From Bacteriovoracia bacterium (GTDB lineage: Bacteria > Bdellovibrionota > UBA1018 > CAIPTA01), in assembly GCA_050246755.1 (NCBI GenBank), contig JBFWVL010000002.1:272544-336543 (forward strand): a DNA stretch of 64,000 nt, given 5' to 3'. Made by a program: the position numbers and the translations under genes. How positions within the stretch are numbered: the first letter of the stretch is position 1; each line of letters opens with the position of its first letter. The notes under the pieces are model-generated. The model was not told where the DNA came from. It ran no database searches and worked only from the letters and a program-made list of their open reading frames with translations. This document shows, in pieces, positions 29,137-37,794 of this stretch.

Positions 29137-29769
29137 TCAGGCGGCGCTTGGCTTTCGCATTTGCTTGCGGCGTTCTAGCAGTTTTTCCTTCGCGTCCGTG
29201 AGGCAGCGAGTATGTTCGTTGGCGCTCTGTGTCTGCTGGGGCGTGCGCGCGTGATCGGGATGGTATTGCTTCACCCAGTGACGGAAGGCTTTCACGATCG
29301 TTTGGGTGGCGGCATTCTCGCGCACGGCAAGCACCTCGTGGGGCTTTCCGTGGAAGAGGGGAGCTTTGGGTAATTCTTTTTTTGGTGCCGGCTTTGGTTG
29401 CGGCTTAGGAGATTCCGCTTTGGCCTTTTGCTCGGCTCTGGGGGGCGCTTCTTGCCGCTTCTCCTTTTTGCCCTCTTGCTTTTCTGCCTTAGGCCCTTCT
29501 CGCTTTTTCTCCCCGAGCGGCTTCACGTCCAGAACGTCTTCTATCCGGATCTTCTCTCGCCGGGGTTCTGGGGGCCGGGAGCCGTATCCCGAGCCGGCCA
29601 ATAGGGCCGCCGGTCTTAGTCCGTCACGCAGGAAGCGCTTGGCGGCGCTTTCCGCCTGAAGGCTTAAAATCATGTAGAGGGCGCTCACAAGGCCGAGGCC
29701 GAATTGTCCTTGCGATAGGTATTCCACGGCCGAGGCAATCACCAGGGGAATCAGGATCAGGTGGCGCAT
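29137..29769 (-). CDS. Membrane-anchored J-domain (DnaJ-like) protein
   Basis: N-terminal hydrophobic helices, a Lys/Glu/Pro-rich linker and a C-terminal J-domain with the HPD motif (KQYHPDHA). Confidence 0.7.
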   Translation of the reverse strand: MRHLILIPLVIASAVEYLSQGQFGLGLVSALYMILSLQAESAAKRFLRDGLRPAALLAGSGYGSRPPEPRREKIRIEDVLDVKPLGEKKREGPKAEKQEGKKEKRQEAPPRAEQKAKAESPKPQPKPAPKKELPKAPLFHGKPHEVLAVRENAATQTIVKAFRHWVKQYHPDHARTPQQTQSANEHTRCLTDAKEKLLERRKQMRKPSAA

Positions 29770-29838
29770 AGTTCTTTATCGGCCAACCGAGGCCGGGCCT
29801 GCAACAATAATTACTTATAAAATCAGCTAGATAGGTCT

Positions 29839-31005
29839 CTATCCTAAAGCGGAAAGTCCGCCGTGCTGAAGCTGGCGAATCATCCAGCGGTATTCGTTGA
29901 GAGATCGCTCTAGCATTTTTCTCTCGGCGCGCAGGCGCCCGGCCCAGTGCCTTGCCCTCGCTCGATGCGAACGCTTGCCCTCGCGAATCATCGTCTCGCG
30001 CCAGGCCTGGAATTCCCGGAGTTTTCGCTGAAAGTCTTGGAGGTGCTGCTCAATCGCCAGGCGCATGGCCTCCACCTGGGCCGGCACCTCTTCCCGCCAA
30101 TTTTGGATGAACTGATCGGAAGACGTCTCGAGCTTCGCTTTCAAGATGTGGGCATCCGGAGTGCGGCTAAGGTTACGGCTGAGGCCCACGAAATTAAGAC
30201 AGAGGATGAGCCACTTACTCGGGTCCCACTGGTACCAGCGCACGCCGTTCCGGTAGTCGTTGGCGAAAGCATGATGGAAGTTATGGTAGCCTTCGCCATT
30301 GGTAAGGAAGGCAAGCCACCAGCAGTCGCGGGCCGAAACCTTCGTGGAATAAGGACGCGTGCCGAACATATGCGCCAGAGAATTAATGAAGAACGTTCCA
30401 TGGTGGACCACGATCAGGCGGAGTAGCCCACCCACGAAGAAGCCCGCGAAGGGGCGTCCGATCATCCAGCCCAAAAGAGTGGGTAAACCGAAGCTTACGG
30501 CGAAAGCGATGAGCAGAAAATGGCGGTGCTGCCAGCGCACGAGCGGATCGGCCTCTAAATCGGCGGCATTGGCGAAGCTGCGGTCTTTCGGATCATTGCG
30601 GAAGATCCATCCCATATGGGCGTAGAAAAATCCTTTGGAGATGCTGTAGGGGTCGCCTTCTTTATCTACGAAGCGATGGTGGTAACGATGATCCGAACAC
30701 CACTTGAAAGCGGAGTTTTGCATCGCGGCCGCGCCGAATACCAAAAAGAAAAAGCGCACGAGGGCCGGGCTCTCGTAGGTTTGGTGGGCAAATAAACGGT
30801 GGTAGCCCGCCGTGATGGAAAAACCGCTCGCGAGCAGCATAAAAGTAAAAATCGCGAGGTCGCTCCAAGCAAATTCGCTCGAGAGCAAATAGACGGGGAA
30901 GAGGGCGATCCCGGCAACGGGGGTAGCCAAGAGAAAAAGAGTATTCGTCCAGCTGAACTCACCGTTCCAGCGTGGTTGGTGCTGCCATTTGCTGTTCTGT
31001 TCCAT
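29839..31005 (-). CDS. Acyl-CoA (delta-9 type) fatty acid desaturase with C-terminal helical extension
   Basis: Three His boxes (HRLFAH, HRYHHRF, HNFHHAF). A ~100-aa Arg/Glu-rich helical tail follows the desaturase core. Confidence 0.9.
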   Translation of the reverse strand: MEQNSKWQHQPRWNGEFSWTNTLFLLATPVAGIALFPVYLLSSEFAWSDLAIFTFMLLASGFSITAGYHRLFAHQTYESPALVRFFFLVFGAAAMQNSAFKWCSDHRYHHRFVDKEGDPYSISKGFFYAHMGWIFRNDPKDRSFANAADLEADPLVRWQHRHFLLIAFAVSFGLPTLLGWMIGRPFAGFFVGGLLRLIVVHHGTFFINSLAHMFGTRPYSTKVSARDCWWLAFLTNGEGYHNFHHAFANDYRNGVRWYQWDPSKWLILCLNFVGLSRNLSRTPDAHILKAKLETSSDQFIQNWREEVPAQVEAMRLAIEQHLQDFQRKLREFQAWRETMIREGKRSHRARARHWAGRLRAERKMLERSLNEYRWMIRQLQHGGLSALG

Positions 31006-31075
31006 CGCATCTCCTTATTCCGTTTGGGCTATTTTACGCGTGGATGCGGCAAAAAGCCTAGGAAGAAGGAGAGTT

Positions 31076-32425
31076 TTAGCTGGACGCTTTTAGTTTGTTC
31101 ATCGCGTTGAGGGCGGCTACTTTGTAGGCCTCCGCGAGAGTGGGGTAATTAAACACGTTGGCCACCAGAAACTCCACGCTGGCATTGAGCGCGAACACGA
31201 TTTGCCCGATATGAATCAGTTCGGTGGCACCCGCGCCGATGGCGTGAATGCCGAGAAGTTTTTTGGTGTCCCTATGCACCAGTAATTTCACGAAACCGTT
31301 TTCTTCGCCCATGATTAGCCCGCGCGCGAGTTCCCGGTAATACGCGTGGCCTACCACGTAGGGAATATTTTTTTCCCGGAGCTCTCCCTCGTGCGAGCCC
31401 ACGCAAGAAATTTCCGGAATCGTATAGATGCCGGTAGGGAAGGATCGCGGGAATTCCGCGCAAGGCAAGCCGAACATGCGGCAGGCCGCCAAGCGCCCTT
31501 GTTCGGCGGAAGCAGCGGCGAGCGCGGGGGGGCCGATCACGTCGCCCACGGCGTAGATATGCTTCGCGGCCGTCTGATAGGTAATGGGGTCCACGCTGAT
31601 ATTTCCCTTGGCGTCGAGGGTGACTCCGGCCGCACTTAGGTTAAGTTTCTCGGTATTGGGCAGCCGACCCAGGCAAACGAGGGCGGCGTCTACGGGCAAA
31701 ACCTTTCCATTCACCTGAAATTTCAGCTTCGTAGAACCTTTAGCAATCTTTTTCTCAGAAATGATTTCAGCCCCCAACTGCAGTTCAATGCCACGCGTGG
31801 CGAATTCCGCCTGAAGGGCGGAAACTAGCTCTTGGTCAATCGAGCGCAAAAGCTCTTTGCGGCGATCGATGAGGTAAACCTTGCTGCCCAGCTGGGCGAA
31901 AATGCTGGCGTATTCGCAGCCGATTACGCCCGCGCCGAATACGGCGATTCGCTTGGGACGCCGCTTGATGCCTAAAATGCCGTCGCTATCAAATACGCCC
32001 GGGTGACGAAAGGCGAAATCGGCGGGCCGGTTAGGGCGGGTGCCGGTGGCGATCACGAAATGCTCCCCGGAAATTTGGGTTTTCTTGCTCCCGCTACCGA
32101 TGGAGATCGTGTGGGCGTCCACGAAGGAAGCGATGCCGTGGAAAAACTCCACGTGATTCCGCAGAAGCTGCTGTTTGATCACCTTCGCTTCGCCCTGGAT
32201 CACCGCGCGCATCCGCAGTAAAGCGGGGCTCAGCTCGGATCCTAGGCCCGCGAGCGCGGCCTCGCGCAGGCTTTTGCTCGGAATCGTTCCGGTATGCACA
32301 CAGGAACCACCGGGGCGGCCGGCTTCCACGAGCGCCACGCGCTTGCCGATTTTAGCGGCTTGTACCGCTGCACGGGCGCCGCCAGGGCCGGAGCCGATCA
32401 CCACGAGATCGAATTTTTGCGTCAT
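31076..32425 (-). CDS. sthA: Pyridine nucleotide-disulfide oxidoreductase, soluble transhydrogenase (SthA)-like
   Basis: VIGSGPGG and GGSCVHTGTIPSK are present. That second motif has a single Cys, as in SthA, rather than the CxxxxC of Lpd. A second GAGVIGCEYA fold is also present. Confidence 0.75.
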   Translation of the reverse strand: MTQKFDLVVIGSGPGGARAAVQAAKIGKRVALVEAGRPGGSCVHTGTIPSKSLREAALAGLGSELSPALLRMRAVIQGEAKVIKQQLLRNHVEFFHGIASFVDAHTISIGSGSKKTQISGEHFVIATGTRPNRPADFAFRHPGVFDSDGILGIKRRPKRIAVFGAGVIGCEYASIFAQLGSKVYLIDRRKELLRSIDQELVSALQAEFATRGIELQLGAEIISEKKIAKGSTKLKFQVNGKVLPVDAALVCLGRLPNTEKLNLSAAGVTLDAKGNISVDPITYQTAAKHIYAVGDVIGPPALAAASAEQGRLAACRMFGLPCAEFPRSFPTGIYTIPEISCVGSHEGELREKNIPYVVGHAYYRELARGLIMGEENGFVKLLVHRDTKKLLGIHAIGAGATELIHIGQIVFALNASVEFLVANVFNYPTLAEAYKVAALNAMNKLKASS

Positions 32426-32546
32426 CTTAAAATTATTAAGTTTCGGCCGTGAGTGCGCAAGGAGATCTTACCCGGTAAAGAAGGAGGAAACAGAAAAGCC
32501 CTAGACGGAAAAACGTCTTGGGCTTTTTCTTACACTCTAGCGATTC

Positions 32547-33023
32547 CTAGTGGTGGTGGCCGTGAGGCCCATGCGCGTGGCCGTGGCTTACTTCATCGTC
32601 CGTGGCGGGGCGCGTTTCGGTAACTTCCACTTCGAAGTGGAGTTTTTTGCCGGCGAGCGGATGGTTTCCATCGATCGTAACTTTTTCCCCGGTAAGGGCC
32701 ATTACCGTGAACACGGGAGAATGGTCGTCCTGGCCGCCGCGAAAGCGATCGCCCACTTTCAAGTTAACGTCCGCGGGGAATTGCTTGCGGTCTACTTGAA
32801 GCACGAGATCGTCCCGTTTTTCTCCGTAACCTTCGCCGGCTTCCACGGTCACTTTCTTTTTATCGCCGGTTGCAGCGGTGCTCAGTTGTTTTTCCAAACC
32901 GGGAATAATATTTCCGGCGCCCTCAAGATATTGCAGCGGTTCGCCGCCCTGGGAGCTGTCGATCACGGTGCCTTGATCGTCTTTCAAAGTGTAATGAATG
33001 GTGACTACGCGCGCCTTACTCAT
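32547..33023 (-). CDS. slyD: FKBP-type peptidyl-prolyl isomerase SlyD with His-rich tail
   Basis: VTIHYTLKDDQG..., an IF-domain insert and the C-terminal HGHAHGPHGHHH. A GGAGG SD precedes the ATG at 33023, so the ORF-track start at 33107 is rejected. Confidence 0.85.
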   Translation of the reverse strand: MSKARVVTIHYTLKDDQGTVIDSSQGGEPLQYLEGAGNIIPGLEKQLSTAATGDKKKVTVEAGEGYGEKRDDLVLQVDRKQFPADVNLKVGDRFRGGQDDHSPVFTVMALTGEKVTIDGNHPLAGKKLHFEVEVTETRPATDDEVSHGHAHGPHGHHH

Positions 33024-33137
33024 GGGAACCTCCGGATTTTCGGCATAGGACCACAAAATGTCACCGTTGTGTAGGGAAAAAGCTGATAGGATATTGGTGA
33101 ATTCCAAGATTGCCCGTTCATTTTTTAAGGAGTGAAA

Positions 33138-33440
33138 ATGTTTGTTCGTAAGTTCGTTTCTTTGGTTTTTTTGTTCGCGTTAGCCATGCCCGTTTTGTCG
33201 CACGCAGGCACGCACCATCCCGACCGTTCCACCGCAGCCGCTAAGCATAAAAAGGCGAAGGGCAAGAAGGCAAAAAAAGGAAAAGTGAAAAAGGCCAAGA
33301 TGGCACGCAAAGCAAAAGCCAAAAGCAAGAGAGCCAGCCATGCTCCCACCCACGAGATGGGCGAAGGCGTGAACCATACTCCTCCCGAAATGAAGGAAGA
33401 TCTGCCGGCTCCTAGCGTGGAAAGCACCACCGAAGAGTAG
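33138..33440 (+). CDS. Secreted polycationic small protein (Lys/Ala repeats, acidic tail)
   Basis: An AAGGAG SD lies 5 nt before the ATG at 33138. Signal peptide MFVRKFVSLVFLFALAMPVLSHA is followed by KHKKAKGKKAKKGKVKKAKMARKAKAKSKR and then a Glu-rich tail. Confidence 0.6.
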   Translation: MFVRKFVSLVFLFALAMPVLSHAGTHHPDRSTAAAKHKKAKGKKAKKGKVKKAKMARKAKAKSKRASHAPTHEMGEGVNHTPPEMKEDLPAPSVESTTEE

Positions 33441-33450
33441 AAAAGAAAAA

Positions 33451-33475
33451 CCCTTTTACCACCATGGTAAAAGGG
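33451..33475. terminator. Perfect hairpin CCCTTTTACC-N5-GGTAAAAGGG (U-run only on the minus-strand side)
   Basis: Read directly. It is flanked upstream by GAAAAGAAAAA, which reads TTTTTCTTTTC after the stem on the minus strand. Confidence 0.35.
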
Positions 33476-33512
33476 CCTTCCCAGTCAATCAGGTATGCTT
33501 CTAAGAGATAAA

Positions 33513-33551
33513 AGCAGGGAGGTCGTTATAGGGCCTCGCTGCTTTTTTTTT
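33513..33551 (+). terminator. Rho-independent terminator
   Basis: AGCAGGGAGG pairs with CCTCGCTGCT (10 bp, one mismatch), followed by T9. Confidence 0.7.
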
Positions 33552-33598
33552 AAATTTATATTAGACAATCTATTATTCTTTTAATACATAGCAATGCC

Positions 33599-34378
33599 AT
33601 GGAACTCATCTCGCACGAACTCTCGGTATTATCTCGGGCCGTGGCCTACAAAAACCTCTCCGGTGCTTCCCAGCACGTAGGCCTTAGCCAGCCCCAGCTT
33701 TCCCGCATCGTAAAGAAAATCGAAGAAACCTTCTCGATCGTGCTCCTGGATCGCGGAGCCAAGCGCAACGCCACGTGGACTCCCACGGCCCATCGCTTGG
33801 CCGACTTTTACCTTAAAAAAATGCGCCTTTTCGACCGTGAACTCGAATCCCTTTTGGTTGCCAGCCAAACCAGGCAGCTGCAGGTAGGCACTCTCGAAGG
33901 ACTCGCCGGGATGGCATTGCCCTACGTGCATCATCTGTTAGAAAAAGTGCAGATTCGCCTCGTGGAGATCGACGTTTTCGATCTTGATCGCCTGGAAGAG
34001 TTGTTTTCACGAGGCGAGCTCGACCTCGTCTTCACTTCCCGCGAGCCCGGCCGCAAAAAATATTTGTATTCCCACGTGATGGGCTACCAGTCGCTGGATC
34101 GCGTGAGCAGCAATGCGCATTTCCAAGTGATGAGCACCTACGAGTACGGCTCGAAGCGGGATAAACTCAAAGAAGTGGAGCGGCTCCTTATTAGCAATTC
34201 GCTTGGGATCCGCCGCGAGTGGTTCAAGCGGTTCGGCGGAACTGGCACGATTCCCTCGGAGCCGCGTACCGAGAAGAGAACCTCGGCCGATACGGAAAGC
34301 ATCATCATGATCGGATCCGATACGCTGAGCCCGAAAGTATGGCAGGAACTAGTAAGAGCGGCGGGCAAGTCGAAATAG
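33599..34378 (+). CDS. LysR-family transcriptional regulator
   Basis: N-terminal wHTH: LSVLSRAVAYKNLSGASQHVGLSQPQLSRIVKKIEE. Confidence 0.85.
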   Translation: MELISHELSVLSRAVAYKNLSGASQHVGLSQPQLSRIVKKIEETFSIVLLDRGAKRNATWTPTAHRLADFYLKKMRLFDRELESLLVASQTRQLQVGTLEGLAGMALPYVHHLLEKVQIRLVEIDVFDLDRLEELFSRGELDLVFTSREPGRKKYLYSHVMGYQSLDRVSSNAHFQVMSTYEYGSKRDKLKEVERLLISNSLGIRREWFKRFGGTGTIPSEPRTEKRTSADTESIIMIGSDTLSPKVWQELVRAAGKSK

Positions 34379-34381
34379 ACG

Positions 34382-35431
34382 CTATTTCAGGTTCATCGCG
34401 CGTTTCATGATCTCGATTAATTTTTCTTTGCGCATCTTGAGTATCGCCGTGGCGGGCGTGGCCCAGTCGCCGAAGACGGGATCTTTATCGTCTACCGGGG
34501 TTCGCCATATGCCTGCCATACGGTCGGCCAAACCGAGTAGAACGGCAAACTTGTAGTTCTGCGCATCCACTTCCTTTAAGCAGTAAGGCTCCCGAAAATA
34601 GCGAACCGCCGGCGTGAGTGAGTGAAACACATCGTAGTAGTGCAGCAAATGGGCGCTCACTTCTTCGTGGGCCACCCCGAACGCTGCGCGTTCCGCCAGC
34701 GACCTGGCCAGCGCGGGAAGCTTTGCGTCCGCTTCATGGGCCCGCTCCAGCTCGGCGTAGCCGCCCTTGGCGTCGGGGTAATTCGCGGCCAGCAACAGCT
34801 TGCCGGCTTGGGTGAGCATGCCGGCGGCGATCGCGTATTTGGGCGTAAATCCCGCCACGTCTTCCGCTAACAGGTAAGCGATCACGCCCGTGCGTTGCGC
34901 GCGCTTCACGATATCGCGAAAATAGGGCTCCGATTTTTTAAAGTTCGGGTCTTTCGCCTGAGTATTGAGAAAGCAGTCGAAAAAAACTCCCGCGGCGTAG
35001 GCCGTTTCCGAATATTCGAGATTATTTCTCAGGAAAAGCTCTTCGCTGTCGATCGCGGTTTTCAGCAAATCGGCCGACTTTATTTCCACCGATCCATCCG
35101 GCATCACCGGAAAGGAGCCCTCTTTGGCTTTATGCAGCTGGAGCGCCACGATTAGGTTCCGGCTGCCGATCATTCCCAGGAGATTCACGAGGCGGTGCGT
35201 GGGGCTATCTTGTTCTTTGTCTTTTCCCTCGGCGTTCTTATCGGGCGCGGCGGTTTTTTTGGCGATGAAGCGAAAAAAGAGGGAACGGTACACCTGGTTC
35301 CTGTTAAGGATGCGCACCAAGTCGTCGGCGCTCACATCGATATCGATAAATTCCTGGAGCGTGTCACGGGCGGTAGCGCCTATATGATAGGGGAGAAACT
35401 GACCCGTTTCCTGGAAGGAAAACGCTTTCAT
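34382..35431 (-). CDS. HDOD-like domain protein (tentative)
   Basis: 349 aa. Segments LVNLLGMIGSRNLIVAL and FGVAHEEVSAHLLHYYDV resemble HDOD conserved blocks. No SD was seen, so the call is tentative. Confidence 0.5.
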   Translation of the reverse strand: MKAFSFQETGQFLPYHIGATARDTLQEFIDIDVSADDLVRILNRNQVYRSLFFRFIAKKTAAPDKNAEGKDKEQDSPTHRLVNLLGMIGSRNLIVALQLHKAKEGSFPVMPDGSVEIKSADLLKTAIDSEELFLRNNLEYSETAYAAGVFFDCFLNTQAKDPNFKKSEPYFRDIVKRAQRTGVIAYLLAEDVAGFTPKYAIAAGMLTQAGKLLLAANYPDAKGGYAELERAHEADAKLPALARSLAERAAFGVAHEEVSAHLLHYYDVFHSLTPAVRYFREPYCLKEVDAQNYKFAVLLGLADRMAGIWRTPVDDKDPVFGDWATPATAILKMRKEKLIEIMKRAMNLK

Positions 35432-35495
35432 AAATAAAGGATAACTTACAAACGGGTCCGTTGCGAGCTTCGCTAAAACAGCCTATCCTGAAAGC

Positions 35496-35897
35496 ATGAA
35501 CACTACCGCGAAAGACATTATGTCGAGCCGCCTGATTGTGGCTCGCGAAGGCATGAATATCGAAGATGCCCTGAAACTCCTCGTAAACAACAAGATAACA
35601 GGTTTGCCGGTGGTAGATGACTCCGGAATGATCATCGGCATATTGTCGGAATACGACATCATCGCCCACGTGGGAAAGGAATCGCATATCACTTCGGAGA
35701 TATTCCGCGAGAACGCCACTTATTCGAAGAACGTAGAATCCGTTACCGAGGAGACATCGTTCACCGAGATCCTCGAGCGCTTCATCAAGCTTAAATGCCG
35801 CCGCCTGCCCGTACTCGACGCCAGCAAGCGTCTCGTGGGCATCATCTCCCGCCGCGACGTGATGAAAGTACTTTACTACCGCGCGAAGGTTAACTGA
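35496..35897 (+). CDS. CBS-pair domain protein
   Basis: 133 aa containing two CBS motifs (AKDIMSSRLIV...ITGLPVVDDSGMIIGILSEYDI and ...RRLPVLDASKRLVGIISRRDV). Confidence 0.85.
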   Translation: MNTTAKDIMSSRLIVAREGMNIEDALKLLVNNKITGLPVVDDSGMIIGILSEYDIIAHVGKESHITSEIFRENATYSKNVESVTEETSFTEILERFIKLKCRRLPVLDASKRLVGIISRRDVMKVLYYRAKVN

Positions 35898-36532
35898 TGA
35901 AGTTATCCCTGAAGCAAGAAGACGGGGTCTCCGTACTTGAGGTTTCAGGAGCCGTAGACGCGCAAAATTTCCAGATTCTCAAGGCCGGTATCTCCAAGCT
36001 CCTGCGCGACGGAAAAAACCGCATCGTGCTGCAGGTTGTGGACGCCGACCAAATTCCCAGCGACGTGATGCGCGAGCTCGCGATCGTGGATGTTTTCGCC
36101 CGTGAGCTTTCGGGAAAAATCGTGCTGGCTTCCGAGAACGAGAAGCTCAAAGAAAGCGTGCGCGCTTTCGCCAAGCCGCCGATGATCCCCATCCTTTCCA
36201 CCGTGGCCCTTTGCCTCGAGTATTTCAGAAACCTTTCCGCCGACGATGAAGAAGGCGGAGAATCGATAGAAGAGCTTAAAAAATCCGTTGCCGCGAAAGA
36301 TAAAACGATCGCGGCCCTCGAGGCGCGCATCAAGCAGATGGATCCTAAAGAGTTGCAGGCTCTGCGCAACGATAAAGCGGCGCTGCAATCGAAAGTGACT
36401 TTATTGGAAACGCAGGTGGCTGAATTCGTCAAGGCCAGGCGCGATCCGGGCGACGTGGCCGGATTTTTGGAAAAAATCACTTTTCTTGAAGACAGCGTGA
36501 AGAAACTTTCCGCTGGGGCAAAAAAGGAATAG
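35897..36532 (+). CDS. STAS-domain protein with C-terminal coiled coil (anti-sigma-antagonist-like)
   Basis: N-terminal ~100 aa fit a STAS pattern (VLEVSGAVDAQNFQILK...IVLQVVDADQIPSDVMREL). The C-terminal heptad-like segment is ELKKSVAAKDKTIAALEARIKQ.... The start overlaps the CBS stop (TGATG). Confidence 0.7.
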   Translation: MKLSLKQEDGVSVLEVSGAVDAQNFQILKAGISKLLRDGKNRIVLQVVDADQIPSDVMRELAIVDVFARELSGKIVLASENEKLKESVRAFAKPPMIPILSTVALCLEYFRNLSADDEEGGESIEELKKSVAAKDKTIAALEARIKQMDPKELQALRNDKAALQSKVTLLETQVAEFVKARRDPGDVAGFLEKITFLEDSVKKLSAGAKKE

Positions 36533-36535
36533 GGG

Positions 36536-36733
36536 ATGGCTTCCCAAATTCAGAATAACTGCAATAACTGTGGCGCCTGCGCCGCCGTATGCCCCACAAA
36601 AAGTATTTACTCGGGAGACGTCCATTTCCTCATCGATTTCGATACCTGCACCGACTGCCTCGCCTGCCTCGAAGTTTGCCCGGTAGACGCGATCCGCAAT
36701 CCCAAAGTAAAGGTTGAGCGGAAAAAATCATGA
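36536..36733 (+). CDS. 2x[4Fe-4S] ferredoxin (65 aa)
   Basis: Two CxxCxxCxxxCP motifs: CNNCGACAAVCP and CTDCLACLEVCP. Confidence 0.85.
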   Translation: MASQIQNNCNNCGACAAVCPTKSIYSGDVHFLIDFDTCTDCLACLEVCPVDAIRNPKVKVERKKS

Positions 36734-37794
36734 TCCCCGCCGGCTGCGTGCAAGCCTGTCCAGGCTGCAAGCAACGCGAACTCAGCGCCGAAGAGAGCGC
36801 CGCCCAGAAACAGGGCTGGGTAGAGCGCAAGCTCGAAACCGTTCGTACCTTGATTCAGCCCATTGTCGTTCCCGAAAAAAGATGGGGCTACCGCCGCAAA
36901 GCCACCTTGCACGCGCGTTTAGCGGAAGATGGTTGGCGGTTCGGGCTCATTCAATACCGGGAGCGCGAAGAGATTTTTATTCCGATCCCGGATTGCCCGG
37001 TGCATTCGGAAGACCTGAACAAAATATTCGCCGCTTGCAAAGATTTGCCGAAAAATATCCCGGTCGCCTTCGTGCAGGTTTCCGGAAAAGCCGTCACCTT
37101 AGTGCTGAAGTCGGGACGGGAAGAGGAATACCTAGCGCAGCTACGCCATTTTTTTCCGAAATTGGAAAGGGCGGGAGTTATTTCTCTTTTCGTCAACTGG
37201 CACGCCGCCGCCGGCCGGCGCGTGCTTTCTTCGCGGCATATGGAGAGAATAGCCGGCCCCGAATTTCTTCCGGAAGGGGCCTTTCTGCATGGGCCCACCG
37301 CTTTTCGCCAGCAAATTGCGGAACTAGAGGAGCAGGCCCACACGCTTGCCGAAAACCATTTGGGCGCGCTGCCGAAAATCATTGATCTCTACTGCGGGCT
37401 GGGAATCTCGCTGGCTCGCTGGCGCAAATCCGGGCGCAGCGCCGTGGGCGTGGAACTCGTGGGAGAGGCCTGCGCGCTCGCGGCCCTCAATGCTCCCGGC
37501 GCCGAAATCCTAAAAGGCAAAGTGGAGGAGAGGATTCCCCAGATCGATATAACGGGGGAATTTGGGATCTATACTAATCCGCCACGCGAGGGCCAGGGGC
37601 ACTTGGTTTCCGCTTGGATGAATCGCAGCGGCGCCACCCGCATCGCCTACCTATCCTGTAATATGCGCTCGCTTAGCGAGGATCTGGAAGGCTTACCCAA
37701 TTATCGAGTGCAGAAAGTGCAGGCTTTCGATTTCTTTCCGCAAACCGACCACGTAGAGGCTTTGGCCCTGTTGGAAAGAATCCCGAGAGACTAG
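36730..37794 (+). CDS. RNA (uracil-5)-methyltransferase, RumA/TrmA family
   Basis: N-terminal Cys cluster (GCVQACPGC), SAM motif DLYCGLGIS, NPPREG, catalytic YLSCN, and a C-terminal FDFFPQTDHVE. ATGA overlap with the ferredoxin gene. Confidence 0.85.
   Translation: MIPAGCVQACPGCKQRELSAEESAAQKQGWVERKLETVRTLIQPIVVPEKRWGYRRKATLHARLAEDGWRFGLIQYREREEIFIPIPDCPVHSEDLNKIFAACKDLPKNIPVAFVQVSGKAVTLVLKSGREEEYLAQLRHFFPKLERAGVISLFVNWHAAAGRRVLSSRHMERIAGPEFLPEGAFLHGPTAFRQQIAELEEQAHTLAENHLGALPKIIDLYCGLGISLARWRKSGRSAVGVELVGEACALAALNAPGAEILKGKVEERIPQIDITGEFGIYTNPPREGQGHLVSAWMNRSGATRIAYLSCNMRSLSEDLEGLPNYRVQKVQAFDFFPQTDHVEALALLERIPRD

Noticed and set aside
36714-37385. 223-aa Arg-rich ORF in another frame of the methyltransferase gene
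   Set aside because: The frame starting at 36730 carries the SAM-binding, NPPREG and SCN motifs. The alternative frame is low-complexity.
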